64,000 nt of DNA from the NCBI GenBank assembly GCA_965224755.1, contig OZ245061.1:2247612-2311611 (forward strand). The letters run 5' to 3'. Below, one piece after another: positions 45,838 to 54,088 of this stretch. The stretch is from Hellea sp. Lineage in GTDB: Bacteria; Pseudomonadota; Alphaproteobacteria; Caulobacterales; Maricaulaceae. Every line of letters starts with the position of its first letter. Within the stretch, counting starts at the first letter, position 1. Below the pieces are notes generated by a model. That model did not search any database. It saw only the letters and a list, made by a program, of their open reading frames with translations, and was not told the DNA's origin. The position numbers were made by a program, and so were the translations under genes.

Positions 45838-47412
45838 TTAATCTACCAGCACGCCCAAAGCCGTTTTTAGCCCGTCAAGCTTATCGCCATATTTTTTCCA
45901 GCGCCCGATGGATTCGGAATGTAGCGGTTGGCGCACTTGCACGGCGCTGGCGGTGTCTACCGGGGCGGTGTTTTCATGAAAGCGCAGACAGGCCGCGTCC
46001 CATTCCAACCCGCAAAATGACAGCAATTTGCGGGTTTGGTTTTCTTGGTCAGATATTATGTCTTCATAGGCCACTTCCATGAACCGGCTAGAAGGTAAAG
46101 TGCTTCGCCAATGCGCCATTAAGCCATCAAACCCGCGGTAGAAAGCGGCCGTGTCTTCAATGTCGAGGTTATAGCCGTGATTATGATTGTGGAAGGCGAA
46201 AAGCTGCCGGTAATTGGACAAGCAACTATCCATAGCCCCGCGCCGAAGCGCGATGATTTTGGCATTGGGCAGGGCGCGGTGTATCAAACCCGCATAGAAA
46301 AAGTTAAATGGTAACTTATCAATCAGCTGCGCCGCCCCCTGCGCTAGGCCCTTGGTTTTAGCGATGTAAGTCTCGCCCACATGTGACAGATCAATCTTGC
46401 CAGCCGCCAGAAAATCCTCAGCCTGAAATTCCATATTTAAAGGCATTCCCGTTGCGCGTTTTATCAGCTCTGGGAAAACATTCAGTTCGCCCGCAGACCG
46501 CACTTGGGGATGTGATGATAAAATTCGGTCAATAAGTGTGGTTCCGGTGCGCGGCAAGCCGACCACGAATATGGGGGCGGCATTCGAAGCTGGGCCAAGA
46601 GCCGAGCGGTTTGGTCTCATATCTATGTTTACGCATGTTTTCGCGGCTTCAAAAACCTTCGCCACCTCTTGGCGGCTATATCGAATATGCTCTCTTTTGA
46701 GCGTCTTCGCCTTTTTAAGCCAATCAAAGCTCTCCTCATATCGCCCCAAATCTTCAAGCGTTTTGGCGGCGGCATGCCCCAGCAGTAATTGCGCATCCGC
46801 ATCGCCTACCGCGCCTTCAAAAAGCGATGTCAGTTTTTCAAGCTTATTATTGTCTGGGCTTTGTTTTTCGAGGGCTATCAATGAAAACCAAGCGAGGTAG
46901 AATTTTGGATCAATCGACAAGGTCTTTTTATAGGCCGTTTTCGCCGTCTTAAAATCACCGATAAACTCAGCCGAGGCGCCGAGGTTAAATTGGAATTTAG
47001 CCCATCGGGGATTGCGTTTTGTCGCTTGCTCAAAAAAGGGAATGGCTAATTCATGATACCCCGCACGGCTATAAACCACGCCAATCATATCGGCCAATAA
47101 AGCCTCATTCGTTCCTATAGCGGCCGCCTTATCCGCATGTATTTTGGCTTGTTCATTATGGCCGAATCCACCCAGCGCTTTGGCATAATAGGTTTGGTAA
47201 TGCACATTTTTTGGCCCATGTTCCGAAGCTTTTGCGAAAAACTCCAAGGCTTTGTCATGGCTGCCGGTATCCGAGGCCAATACGCCCAAGAGAAAAAAGG
47301 CAAGCGGGTTTTTTTCATCCCGCCTCAAGGCCTCGATGGATTGCGCGTAAACGGCCTCATAGTTCTTTGACCTAAGAAGGGCCATGCCCGATGTGAATGT
47401 TAACGGGGTCAT
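45838..47412 (-). CDS. TPR-repeat protein fused to a PAPS-type sulfotransferase domain
   Basis: 524 aa. N-terminal TPR-like repeats. 5'-PSB-like loop VVGLPRTGTTLIDRILSSH. The start lies 8 nt after the stop of the kinase gene. Confidence 0.75.
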   Translation of the reverse strand: MTPLTFTSGMALLRSKNYEAVYAQSIEALRRDEKNPLAFFLLGVLASDTGSHDKALEFFAKASEHGPKNVHYQTYYAKALGGFGHNEQAKIHADKAAAIGTNEALLADMIGVVYSRAGYHELAIPFFEQATKRNPRWAKFQFNLGASAEFIGDFKTAKTAYKKTLSIDPKFYLAWFSLIALEKQSPDNNKLEKLTSLFEGAVGDADAQLLLGHAAAKTLEDLGRYEESFDWLKKAKTLKREHIRYSRQEVAKVFEAAKTCVNIDMRPNRSALGPASNAAPIFVVGLPRTGTTLIDRILSSHPQVRSAGELNVFPELIKRATGMPLNMEFQAEDFLAAGKIDLSHVGETYIAKTKGLAQGAAQLIDKLPFNFFYAGLIHRALPNAKIIALRRGAMDSCLSNYRQLFAFHNHNHGYNLDIEDTAAFYRGFDGLMAHWRSTLPSSRFMEVAYEDIISDQENQTRKLLSFCGLEWDAACLRFHENTAPVDTASAVQVRQPLHSESIGRWKKYGDKLDGLKTALGVLVD

Positions 47413-47420
47413 CTGTAAGG

Positions 47421-48284
47421 TTAGCCGGGCTTAGCTTGGCGGGCGAGCAGAAGCGCACCATCAAGCGCGTCGCCTTCGGGCTTAACAATTTCCGCGCGGA
47501 TATCCGGGGCAAGCCAAGGTTCAATACTGGCCGCTAAACCGCCCAATAAAGCGCAGCGCGGCACGCCGGCATTAAAAAGGCTACGCACCATGGAATCTAT
47601 ATGATTGGCCGAATGCCGCGTAATCAAGCGCCCATGCCTGTCGCCGCTCTCGGCGGCTTCCAAGACTATAGGCGCTAATGCGGCATAGTCGGCGGCTGTG
47701 GCCTTATCCATCCAGCGGACAATTTCATGGGTTTGATTATTATATTTTTTAAATAAATGCTGTGTCAGCTCGGAATGACTTATGCGTCCATCCGATGTCC
47801 GCAATGTGATGCGGATCGCTTGCAAGCCGATATAAGCGCCGCTCCCTTCATCAGAGACAGGGAATCCATATCCGCCGGCGCGGACATCCTTGCCCTTTAC
47901 GCGGCCAATGGCGATACTGCCGGTGCCGACAATAACAATGCCTCCATCCTGTCCTGAATGCGCGCCCATATTAGCAATAAAAGCATCATTGTGAATACAG
48001 GTCGAGCGGAACGGAAACGCTTGGGCTTGCAAGTCTTCCTTTGCCCCTTCGCGGCTAATACCGGCAACACCCATACCCGCGTGAACACTAGCAACATCCT
48101 TAGCGCTAAGTTTCGCTTCTGCGGTCGCTTGCTGGTACGCCTCTTGAATAGCGGCAAAGACATTTAAAATTCCAATGCTCGCATTTGCTGGCCCCGATAA
48201 GCCCTGACCAATAATGTGCCCAGCCGCATTGGTTAATCGTGCGCGACAACTCGTACCGCCGGCATCAATGCCTAAATAGTACAT
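47421..48284 (-). CDS. nagK: BadF/BadG/BcrA/BcrD-type ATPase: N-acetylglucosamine (or MurNAc) kinase
   Basis: 287 aa. MYYLGIDAGGTSCRARL phosphate-1 motif. Sits in the nag cluster. Confidence 0.7.
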   Translation of the reverse strand: MYYLGIDAGGTSCRARLTNAAGHIIGQGLSGPANASIGILNVFAAIQEAYQQATAEAKLSAKDVASVHAGMGVAGISREGAKEDLQAQAFPFRSTCIHNDAFIANMGAHSGQDGGIVIVGTGSIAIGRVKGKDVRAGGYGFPVSDEGSGAYIGLQAIRITLRTSDGRISHSELTQHLFKKYNNQTHEIVRWMDKATAADYAALAPIVLEAAESGDRHGRLITRHSANHIDSMVRSLFNAGVPRCALLGGLAASIEPWLAPDIRAEIVKPEGDALDGALLLARQAKPG

Positions 48285-48352
48285 AAAACAGCCTTTAAAA
48301 AGAATACTATAACGCTGTCCTATTGGGTTTCAAGCCGCTAAGATATACGAAG

Positions 48353-49393
48353 ATGAAACACGACAAAAAACAACAGAGTTTTATGTATCAGGAAGCGCAA
48401 ACGACACCTGAACTGGTTGCCAAGCAGCTGACCGCTAATAAAATTCTCGTTGAAACACTGAGCAAATATTTACGCCAAAACCCCCCTTCGCTTATCATGA
48501 CGTGCGCGCGCGGTAGCTCAGATCACGCAGCCACATATGCACAATACTTAATTGAAACCCATATGGGTATACCAACGATGTCCTCAGCCCCGTCTATTCA
48601 TTCCGTTTTTGCTGCGCGAAAAAAAATGGAGCGGGTATTATTTCTGGCAATCTCGCAATCGGGCCAAAGCCCTGATATTTTAAGCGCAACACAGGCGGCC
48701 AAAGATGGCGGAGCGTTTGTTGTATCTCTTGTAAACAATACCACATCCGCTTTAGCGGACATATCTGATATAGTCATACCTCTACATTCAGGCTTGGAAA
48801 AAAGTGTTGCGGCCACAAAATCATTTATTTGTAGTCTCAGTGTAATCGCGCATTTGGTTGCTGCGTGGCAGAAAAACCATAAATTGATGGCTGAACTTAA
48901 CGCATTGCCACATGAACTTAATACTGCTTTTGACCAAGATTGGCCCCAAGGTTTAGATAGATTAAAATCCGCCAATAATCTCTTTGTTGTGAGTAGAGGT
49001 TTGGGCCTTGGCGCCGTCCAAGAGGCAGCGCTAAAACTCAAAGAAACTTGCGGACTACACGCGGAAGCCTTTAGCGCAGCAGAAGTTAAACATGGCCCAA
49101 TGACTATCGTGCAAAATGGTTTTCCGGTAATAGTGTTTTCTCTTCAAGATCAGACACAGCGCAGTATTGACGACATCACTTTAGCGTTCATCACGCGAAA
49201 AGCACAAATCCTCTCGGTTGGAAAAGCTTATGACAAAGCCGTTAATTTGAACATGACGTATTGCGGCCCTGCCGCATTGCGCCCTATTGTTTTTATCCAG
49301 TCATTTTATAAATTTGCAAATGCCCTTTCTATTCTGCGGGGGTATAACCCTGATAAGCCACGTTATTTAAACAAAATTACGGAAACTCTATGA
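48353..49393 (+). CDS. SIS-domain glucosamine-6-phosphate deaminase/isomerase (NagB-II, GlmS C-domain-like)
   Basis: The ORF is open from TTG 48323. ATG 48353 gives MKHDKKQQSFMYQEAQTTPE. CARGSSDHAA and AISQSGQSPD are SIS motifs. Overlaps nagA by 4 nt. Confidence 0.78.
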   Translation: MKHDKKQQSFMYQEAQTTPELVAKQLTANKILVETLSKYLRQNPPSLIMTCARGSSDHAATYAQYLIETHMGIPTMSSAPSIHSVFAARKKMERVLFLAISQSGQSPDILSATQAAKDGGAFVVSLVNNTTSALADISDIVIPLHSGLEKSVAATKSFICSLSVIAHLVAAWQKNHKLMAELNALPHELNTAFDQDWPQGLDRLKSANNLFVVSRGLGLGAVQEAALKLKETCGLHAEAFSAAEVKHGPMTIVQNGFPVIVFSLQDQTQRSIDDITLAFITRKAQILSVGKAYDKAVNLNMTYCGPAALRPIVFIQSFYKFANALSILRGYNPDKPRYLNKITETL

Positions 49394-50535
49394 GCATGAA
49401 GGCTCTCATAAATGCGCGTATCCTGACACCGGAGGGTTTTAAGGACAAACAATCCGTACTGTATGAAGGCGGTATAATTACACACATATGCAATGACAAA
49501 GATCGACCGGTAGACGCCGTGGTCGAGCGTGACCTTGACGGGTTGGTGTTATTGCCCGGATTTATTGACATACAGGTCAATGGCGGCGGCGGCGTTTTGT
49601 TTAACCAGCACCCAAGCGTTGAAGGAATCAGAGCCATTGGCGCGGCCCACCGCAAGTTTGGAACGACTGGATTTTTTCCCACCTTAATCAGTGATGATTT
49701 GGATGTCATGGCGCGCGCTATCAAGGCCGTTAATGTGGCAATTACGCAAGGTGTTCAAGGCGTTCTTGGTATTCATCTTGAAGGGCCATTTCTTAACACG
49801 GAAAAACAAGGTGTGCATGACGCCTCAAAATTCAAGACAATTGGCGAGGATGAATTGGCGCTAATGTCGAGTCTTAAAAACGGCAAAACGATCGTGACAC
49901 TCGCCCCTGAAAAAACCACACCAAACACAATCAAAAACCTGAATAAACTTGGGGTAATTATCTGCGCCGGCCATACGCAAGCGTCTTATGAAGACACGCT
50001 TTTGGCATTGGATGCGGGGCTGACAGGGTTCACCCATTTGTTCAACGCAATGAAGCCTTTGCAAAGTCGTGACCCCGGGGTAATTGCGGCCGCTTTAGTG
50101 GATTCGCGCAGTTGGTGCAGCATCATTGCGGATGGTCACCATGTACATCCGGCCATGTTAAAATTAGCCATACGCGCCAAAAGAGATAATCAGGTTTTCC
50201 TTGTCACAGATGCGATGCCAAGCGTTGGCGCCTCTCACAAACCTTTCTCTCTAGGCAACATGAAAATAAAGGTTACAGGCGGGAAATGTATCACAGAGAA
50301 TGGCACACTTGCCGGATCAGATCTGGACATGATTGGTGCGGTTCGAAATGCAGTTGCTATGCTGGATATAGACATTGCGCAAGCCGTGCGTATGGCGAGC
50401 ATTTTGCCGGCGCGGTTTATAAATATGCATGACCAAATTGGCGAGATACGCGTTGGGCATCAAGCCAATTTTGTTCTTGTTTCTCAAAAGCTAGAAGTGT
50501 TGGAAAGCTGGATAAAAGGAAAAGCTGCGCTTTAA
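49390..50535 (+). CDS. nagA: N-acetylglucosamine-6-phosphate deacetylase
   Basis: 381 aa. PGFIDIQVNGGGG, ICAGHTQA, HLFNAM. Confidence 0.9.
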   Translation: MSMKALINARILTPEGFKDKQSVLYEGGIITHICNDKDRPVDAVVERDLDGLVLLPGFIDIQVNGGGGVLFNQHPSVEGIRAIGAAHRKFGTTGFFPTLISDDLDVMARAIKAVNVAITQGVQGVLGIHLEGPFLNTEKQGVHDASKFKTIGEDELALMSSLKNGKTIVTLAPEKTTPNTIKNLNKLGVIICAGHTQASYEDTLLALDAGLTGFTHLFNAMKPLQSRDPGVIAAALVDSRSWCSIIADGHHVHPAMLKLAIRAKRDNQVFLVTDAMPSVGASHKPFSLGNMKIKVTGGKCITENGTLAGSDLDMIGAVRNAVAMLDIDIAQAVRMASILPARFINMHDQIGEIRVGHQANFVLVSQKLEVLESWIKGKAAL

Positions 50536-50542
50536 TATGCCC

Positions 50543-51286
50543 TTATTCTAAGTGGTCGTTTTCCAAATTCATAACTATGTCATAGCAATCACCACGGTAG
50601 GCTGACCGGGTCAGTTCAACAGGCGTTCCATCTTGGAGCATCGACCTGCGCTCAATACGCAATATCTGGCTATTTTCTTGAATGGACAAAAGGCCGGCTT
50701 CCGTTGGGTTGGCTAATGAGGCGCGGACTTTTTGTGTTCCTTTGGACGGCTTATTTCCTTGTGTTTCAAGTGCCTGATAAAGGGATTCTGTTATTTCAGA
50801 GAGGTCAGGCAACATGGACGCCGGCACGACAGCATGTTCGATTGCCAATGGTTGCCCATCGGACAAACGAACCCGTCCAAGCCGGACGACTTTATCAGAT
50901 TGGCGGATATTTAAAATTTCGGCTTCTTCTGCAGTTGGCGTGCCATAAGCTTTCATAATCCAGATTGCCTGCGGGTTGTGGCCGTGGGTCTGCATATTAC
51001 TGGTAAAGCCGCGCAGGCCAGATCCAAGATGTGCAAACGGGGGAAGAACAAATGTACCGGCTCCATGTTTGCGTTCAACGACCTTTTCTTCAGCAAGAAT
51101 ATTTAAAGCCTTTCGAATTGTCACGCGTGACGCTCCGGTCATAAGGCATAGCTCACGCTCGGACGGCAAGGCATCACCCACATCCACATTGTTTTCAGAA
51201 AGATAGGTGCGTATATTCTTCGCAATTTGCATATAATGAGGCATCGTTGAACTCTTGTCTCGATTAATTTTGTTCAACTTCATCAT
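50543..51286 (-). CDS. nagQ: GntR/HutC-subfamily regulator (HTH plus UTRA), NagQ-like by context
   Basis: 247 aa. LPSERELCLMTGASRVTIRKAL winged helix. UTRA-like C-terminal domain. Embedded in the nag/mur genes. Confidence 0.6.
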   Translation of the reverse strand: MMKLNKINRDKSSTMPHYMQIAKNIRTYLSENNVDVGDALPSERELCLMTGASRVTIRKALNILAEEKVVERKHGAGTFVLPPFAHLGSGLRGFTSNMQTHGHNPQAIWIMKAYGTPTAEEAEILNIRQSDKVVRLGRVRLSDGQPLAIEHAVVPASMLPDLSEITESLYQALETQGNKPSKGTQKVRASLANPTEAGLLSIQENSQILRIERRSMLQDGTPVELTRSAYRGDCYDIVMNLENDHLE

Positions 51287-51559
51287 GGCTTACCTGTCCA
51301 TTAATATGCGGTTATATGTTAGCTTTACCCAAACACCTATTTGGCAATCCTTTTCCATATTTTATATATGAAAATGACAATAGATGTAAAAATAAAACAC
51401 TTAGCTAATACGTGCTTTTACCTCACGAATTGCCTTAAATACGCGTTAATCAACAACAATGCCTGCATTTAGTATTTTGCCGGGATCAAGAGTGTTTTTT
51501 CAAGGCCAATACCATAGAATGACCCTGATATTTAATACGGGGCATAACAATGTGCTGTC

Positions 51560-52450
51560 TTAACCAGGCTTTGTCATGATTAAAGCGAGAGCATGACGTA
51601 GATTTCCTTTTGCTCGATTTAAAGCCCTCTCTGCACTATTTGCATCTTGTCCTGACGCCATTAAGACAGCGGTCTTAATGTTTTTATTGGCTTGGTTGAG
51701 CGAATTGATGGCAGTTTCCTTTGTACAATTCGTGATTTTGCAAATCATATTTATGGCACGGCCTTCAAGCTTATTATTGGAAACCATCATATCGACCATA
51801 AACCCATTATAGACGTGCCCGAGCCGAGTCATAATTGTGGTTGATAGCATATTCAAGACGGCCTTTTGGGCTGTGCCAGCTTTCATTCTTGTTGATCCGG
51901 CAATCAGCTCATTGCCCGTATCGGCAAGAATGGCATGGTCAACATTTTTTAGGATGGGGGCATTGGGGGTGTTCGTAATACCAATCGTCATAGCCCCCAT
52001 TGCATTGGCCTGTTGTAGTGCGCCCAGCGTGAAAGGTGTTTTGCCACTGGCGGCAACACCAATAACAACATCGTTTTTATCGGCTTTCGCAGTGCGTATT
52101 TGAGTTTTACCATCCTCTGAAATATCTTCAGCCCCTTCAGCGCTCACAGTCAGGGCCTGTAAACCGCCAGCAATGCAAAATACAATACGGTCCTGTGTCC
52201 ACCCAAATGTAGGCCCTAATTCTGCACCATCTTGTATAGCAAGGCGTCCCGAAGTGCCCGCGCCCACATAAATTAACCTGCCGGCATGACCCAATCTCCG
52301 GGCGGCCTGATCCGCAGCATTAGCAATATCTTGAATGGCTGGCTTGATAGCGGCCATCGCCACAAGCTGACCTTCATACATGGCCTCAATGGCATCGTGA
52401 GATGACCATTGGTCAAAATCAACGAACCTCTGAGACACACCTTCAGTCAT
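51560..52450 (-). CDS. murQ: N-acetylmuramic acid 6-phosphate etherase
   Basis: 296 aa. SIS motif LIYVGAGTSGRLA and a C-terminal region typical of MurQ. Confidence 0.88.
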   Translation of the reverse strand: MTEGVSQRFVDFDQWSSHDAIEAMYEGQLVAMAAIKPAIQDIANAADQAARRLGHAGRLIYVGAGTSGRLAIQDGAELGPTFGWTQDRIVFCIAGGLQALTVSAEGAEDISEDGKTQIRTAKADKNDVVIGVAASGKTPFTLGALQQANAMGAMTIGITNTPNAPILKNVDHAILADTGNELIAGSTRMKAGTAQKAVLNMLSTTIMTRLGHVYNGFMVDMMVSNNKLEGRAINMICKITNCTKETAINSLNQANKNIKTAVLMASGQDANSAERALNRAKGNLRHALALIMTKPG

Positions 52451-52633
52451 TTGAATTTCCGCAAAGCTTTTGATAGGTTGTTTTCAAAACGCCACTCTGA
52501 CCACACCTATTTACATATTAATTTATGTGTACTCCTGTATTTAATATAAAACCACCTAAAAATGGTAATAAAAAAGATACCAATTAAGTACCTCATAGTG
52601 TTTAAACCGCATATAACTCGCGCGCCACATTTA

Positions 52634-53887
52634 TCAATCATATATAAGATAGCGCTCCCTTACCTGCCCAAACGCCTTTAAGTCGTCACGCCAGCTAGCC
52701 CTGATTTCGTCTTGGCTCTGACCTTGTTTAATTTGCCCCATCAACAAATCATTGCCCGCCAACTTATTAAAAAAATTATTTTTGAGAAAGAAATTTTCCT
52801 GATCGGGCAAAACTTCATAAAAGTTCATCAGCCAAGTTAGGGATATTTGTTTTGTTGGCCGTGATGTATTAGACATAACATCGCGCAGATCGAGCCCATT
52901 GCACGATTGGCCATTCAGTTTTGGTGTTTTCGCGCCCACATTGGCTAATGGTGTAAACTGAAAATCTCCTTGCAAATAATTTGGATGACCTATGGCTTGA
53001 AACGGAAACTCTGTTCCTCGCCCCACGCTTACAACAGTACCCTCAAATAAGGCCAATGAAGGATAGAGATAAATCGAGGTCATATTAGGAAGGTTGGGCG
53101 ATGGCTTTATGGGTAGATTATATCTCGTTTCGTGTGCGTACCCTTTAATTTTCACAACACTAAGATCGCATTTGACGCCATTTTTAAGCCATCCTTCACC
53201 ATTAATCATCTGCCCGTATTCACCAATCGTCATGCCGTAAACCAAAGGTACTGGATGCAGGCCAATGAAAGATTCATAGCCGGATTTTAGTACAGGGCCA
53301 TCAATATAAAACCCATTGGGGTTAGGCCGATCTAGTAAGATCATTGGAACAGAATTTTCTGCACAGGCCTCCATGACATAATGCAGTGTGGAGAGATAAG
53401 TATAGAACCTAACGCCGACATCCTGAATATCAAAAACCAGTACATCTATATTTTGCAGGCTTTGTGGAGACGGTTTTTTATTCTTACCGTAAAGAGAAAT
53501 GATGGCTAGCCCGGTTTGCGCATCGACTTCATCGTTTACAATCTCTCCAGCATCTTTTTGGCCTCGAAACCCATGCTCCGGGGCAAACACTTTGATAACG
53601 TCCACATTTCTGTCGAGTAAGACGTCAATCAAATGTTGTCCGCCAATCATGGATGTCGCATTGGCAACAACCGCGACCTTTTTATCCTTTAAACGCGGAA
53701 GGTAAGCGTCATACTGGGATGCGCCCACTTGTGGTATGGTCTTGCCAACTATTATCGTATTTACGTCAGGTGCTTGCGCAACAATTACATCTTGAACATT
53801 TAGGCTACAGGCACTCACGCAAATACAGATTAAGCATAGAATCGATTTTTTTAATACTTTCAACATGATGGATATCATCGCTGCCAA
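52634..53887 (-). CDS. namZ: DUF1343 family protein (NamZ-like exo-beta-N-acetylmuramidase candidate), lipoprotein
   Basis: 417 aa from TTG 53887; alternative ATG starts lie at 53878 and 53866. Lipobox CVSACS. VAVVANATS ... FAPEHGFRG ... VLVFDIQDVGVRFYTY is the typical family core. Confidence 0.65.
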   Translation of the reverse strand: MAAMISIMLKVLKKSILCLICICVSACSLNVQDVIVAQAPDVNTIIVGKTIPQVGASQYDAYLPRLKDKKVAVVANATSMIGGQHLIDVLLDRNVDVIKVFAPEHGFRGQKDAGEIVNDEVDAQTGLAIISLYGKNKKPSPQSLQNIDVLVFDIQDVGVRFYTYLSTLHYVMEACAENSVPMILLDRPNPNGFYIDGPVLKSGYESFIGLHPVPLVYGMTIGEYGQMINGEGWLKNGVKCDLSVVKIKGYAHETRYNLPIKPSPNLPNMTSIYLYPSLALFEGTVVSVGRGTEFPFQAIGHPNYLQGDFQFTPLANVGAKTPKLNGQSCNGLDLRDVMSNTSRPTKQISLTWLMNFYEVLPDQENFFLKNNFFNKLAGNDLLMGQIKQGQSQDEIRASWRDDLKAFGQVRERYLIYD

Positions 53888-53991
53888 TAACGGCTAAAGC
53901 AACCCATCCCTATAGCTTTTGAATTGTTTTGCAGCTTAGATGTCATTTCCTGCTACCAAAATAATTTGGCCTGTAATGCCCCTGTCAAACA

Positions 53992-54088
53992 GGGACATTT
54001 TACACCGGCCTGAATATGTTTGCGCCCATGACGGGGAAGCAGATATGAATATTACGCCAAAGCGTCATCAACGTCTAATATTCCGGGC
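53992..54088. repeat. Relic of a TauD-like gene 3' end (internally deleted) overlapping the hutU stop region
   Basis: 53992..54038 matches 34427..34464, and 54039..54088 matches 34666..34715, with a few mismatches. About 200 nt of the intact gene is missing between the two blocks. Confidence 0.8.

Noticed and set aside
48285-48352. Search for TGGTATT-type boxes in the divergent nagK / NagB-II spacer
   Set aside because: Only one-mismatch fragments were found (aatacta, tattggg), with no phased repeat. Not reported as an operator.
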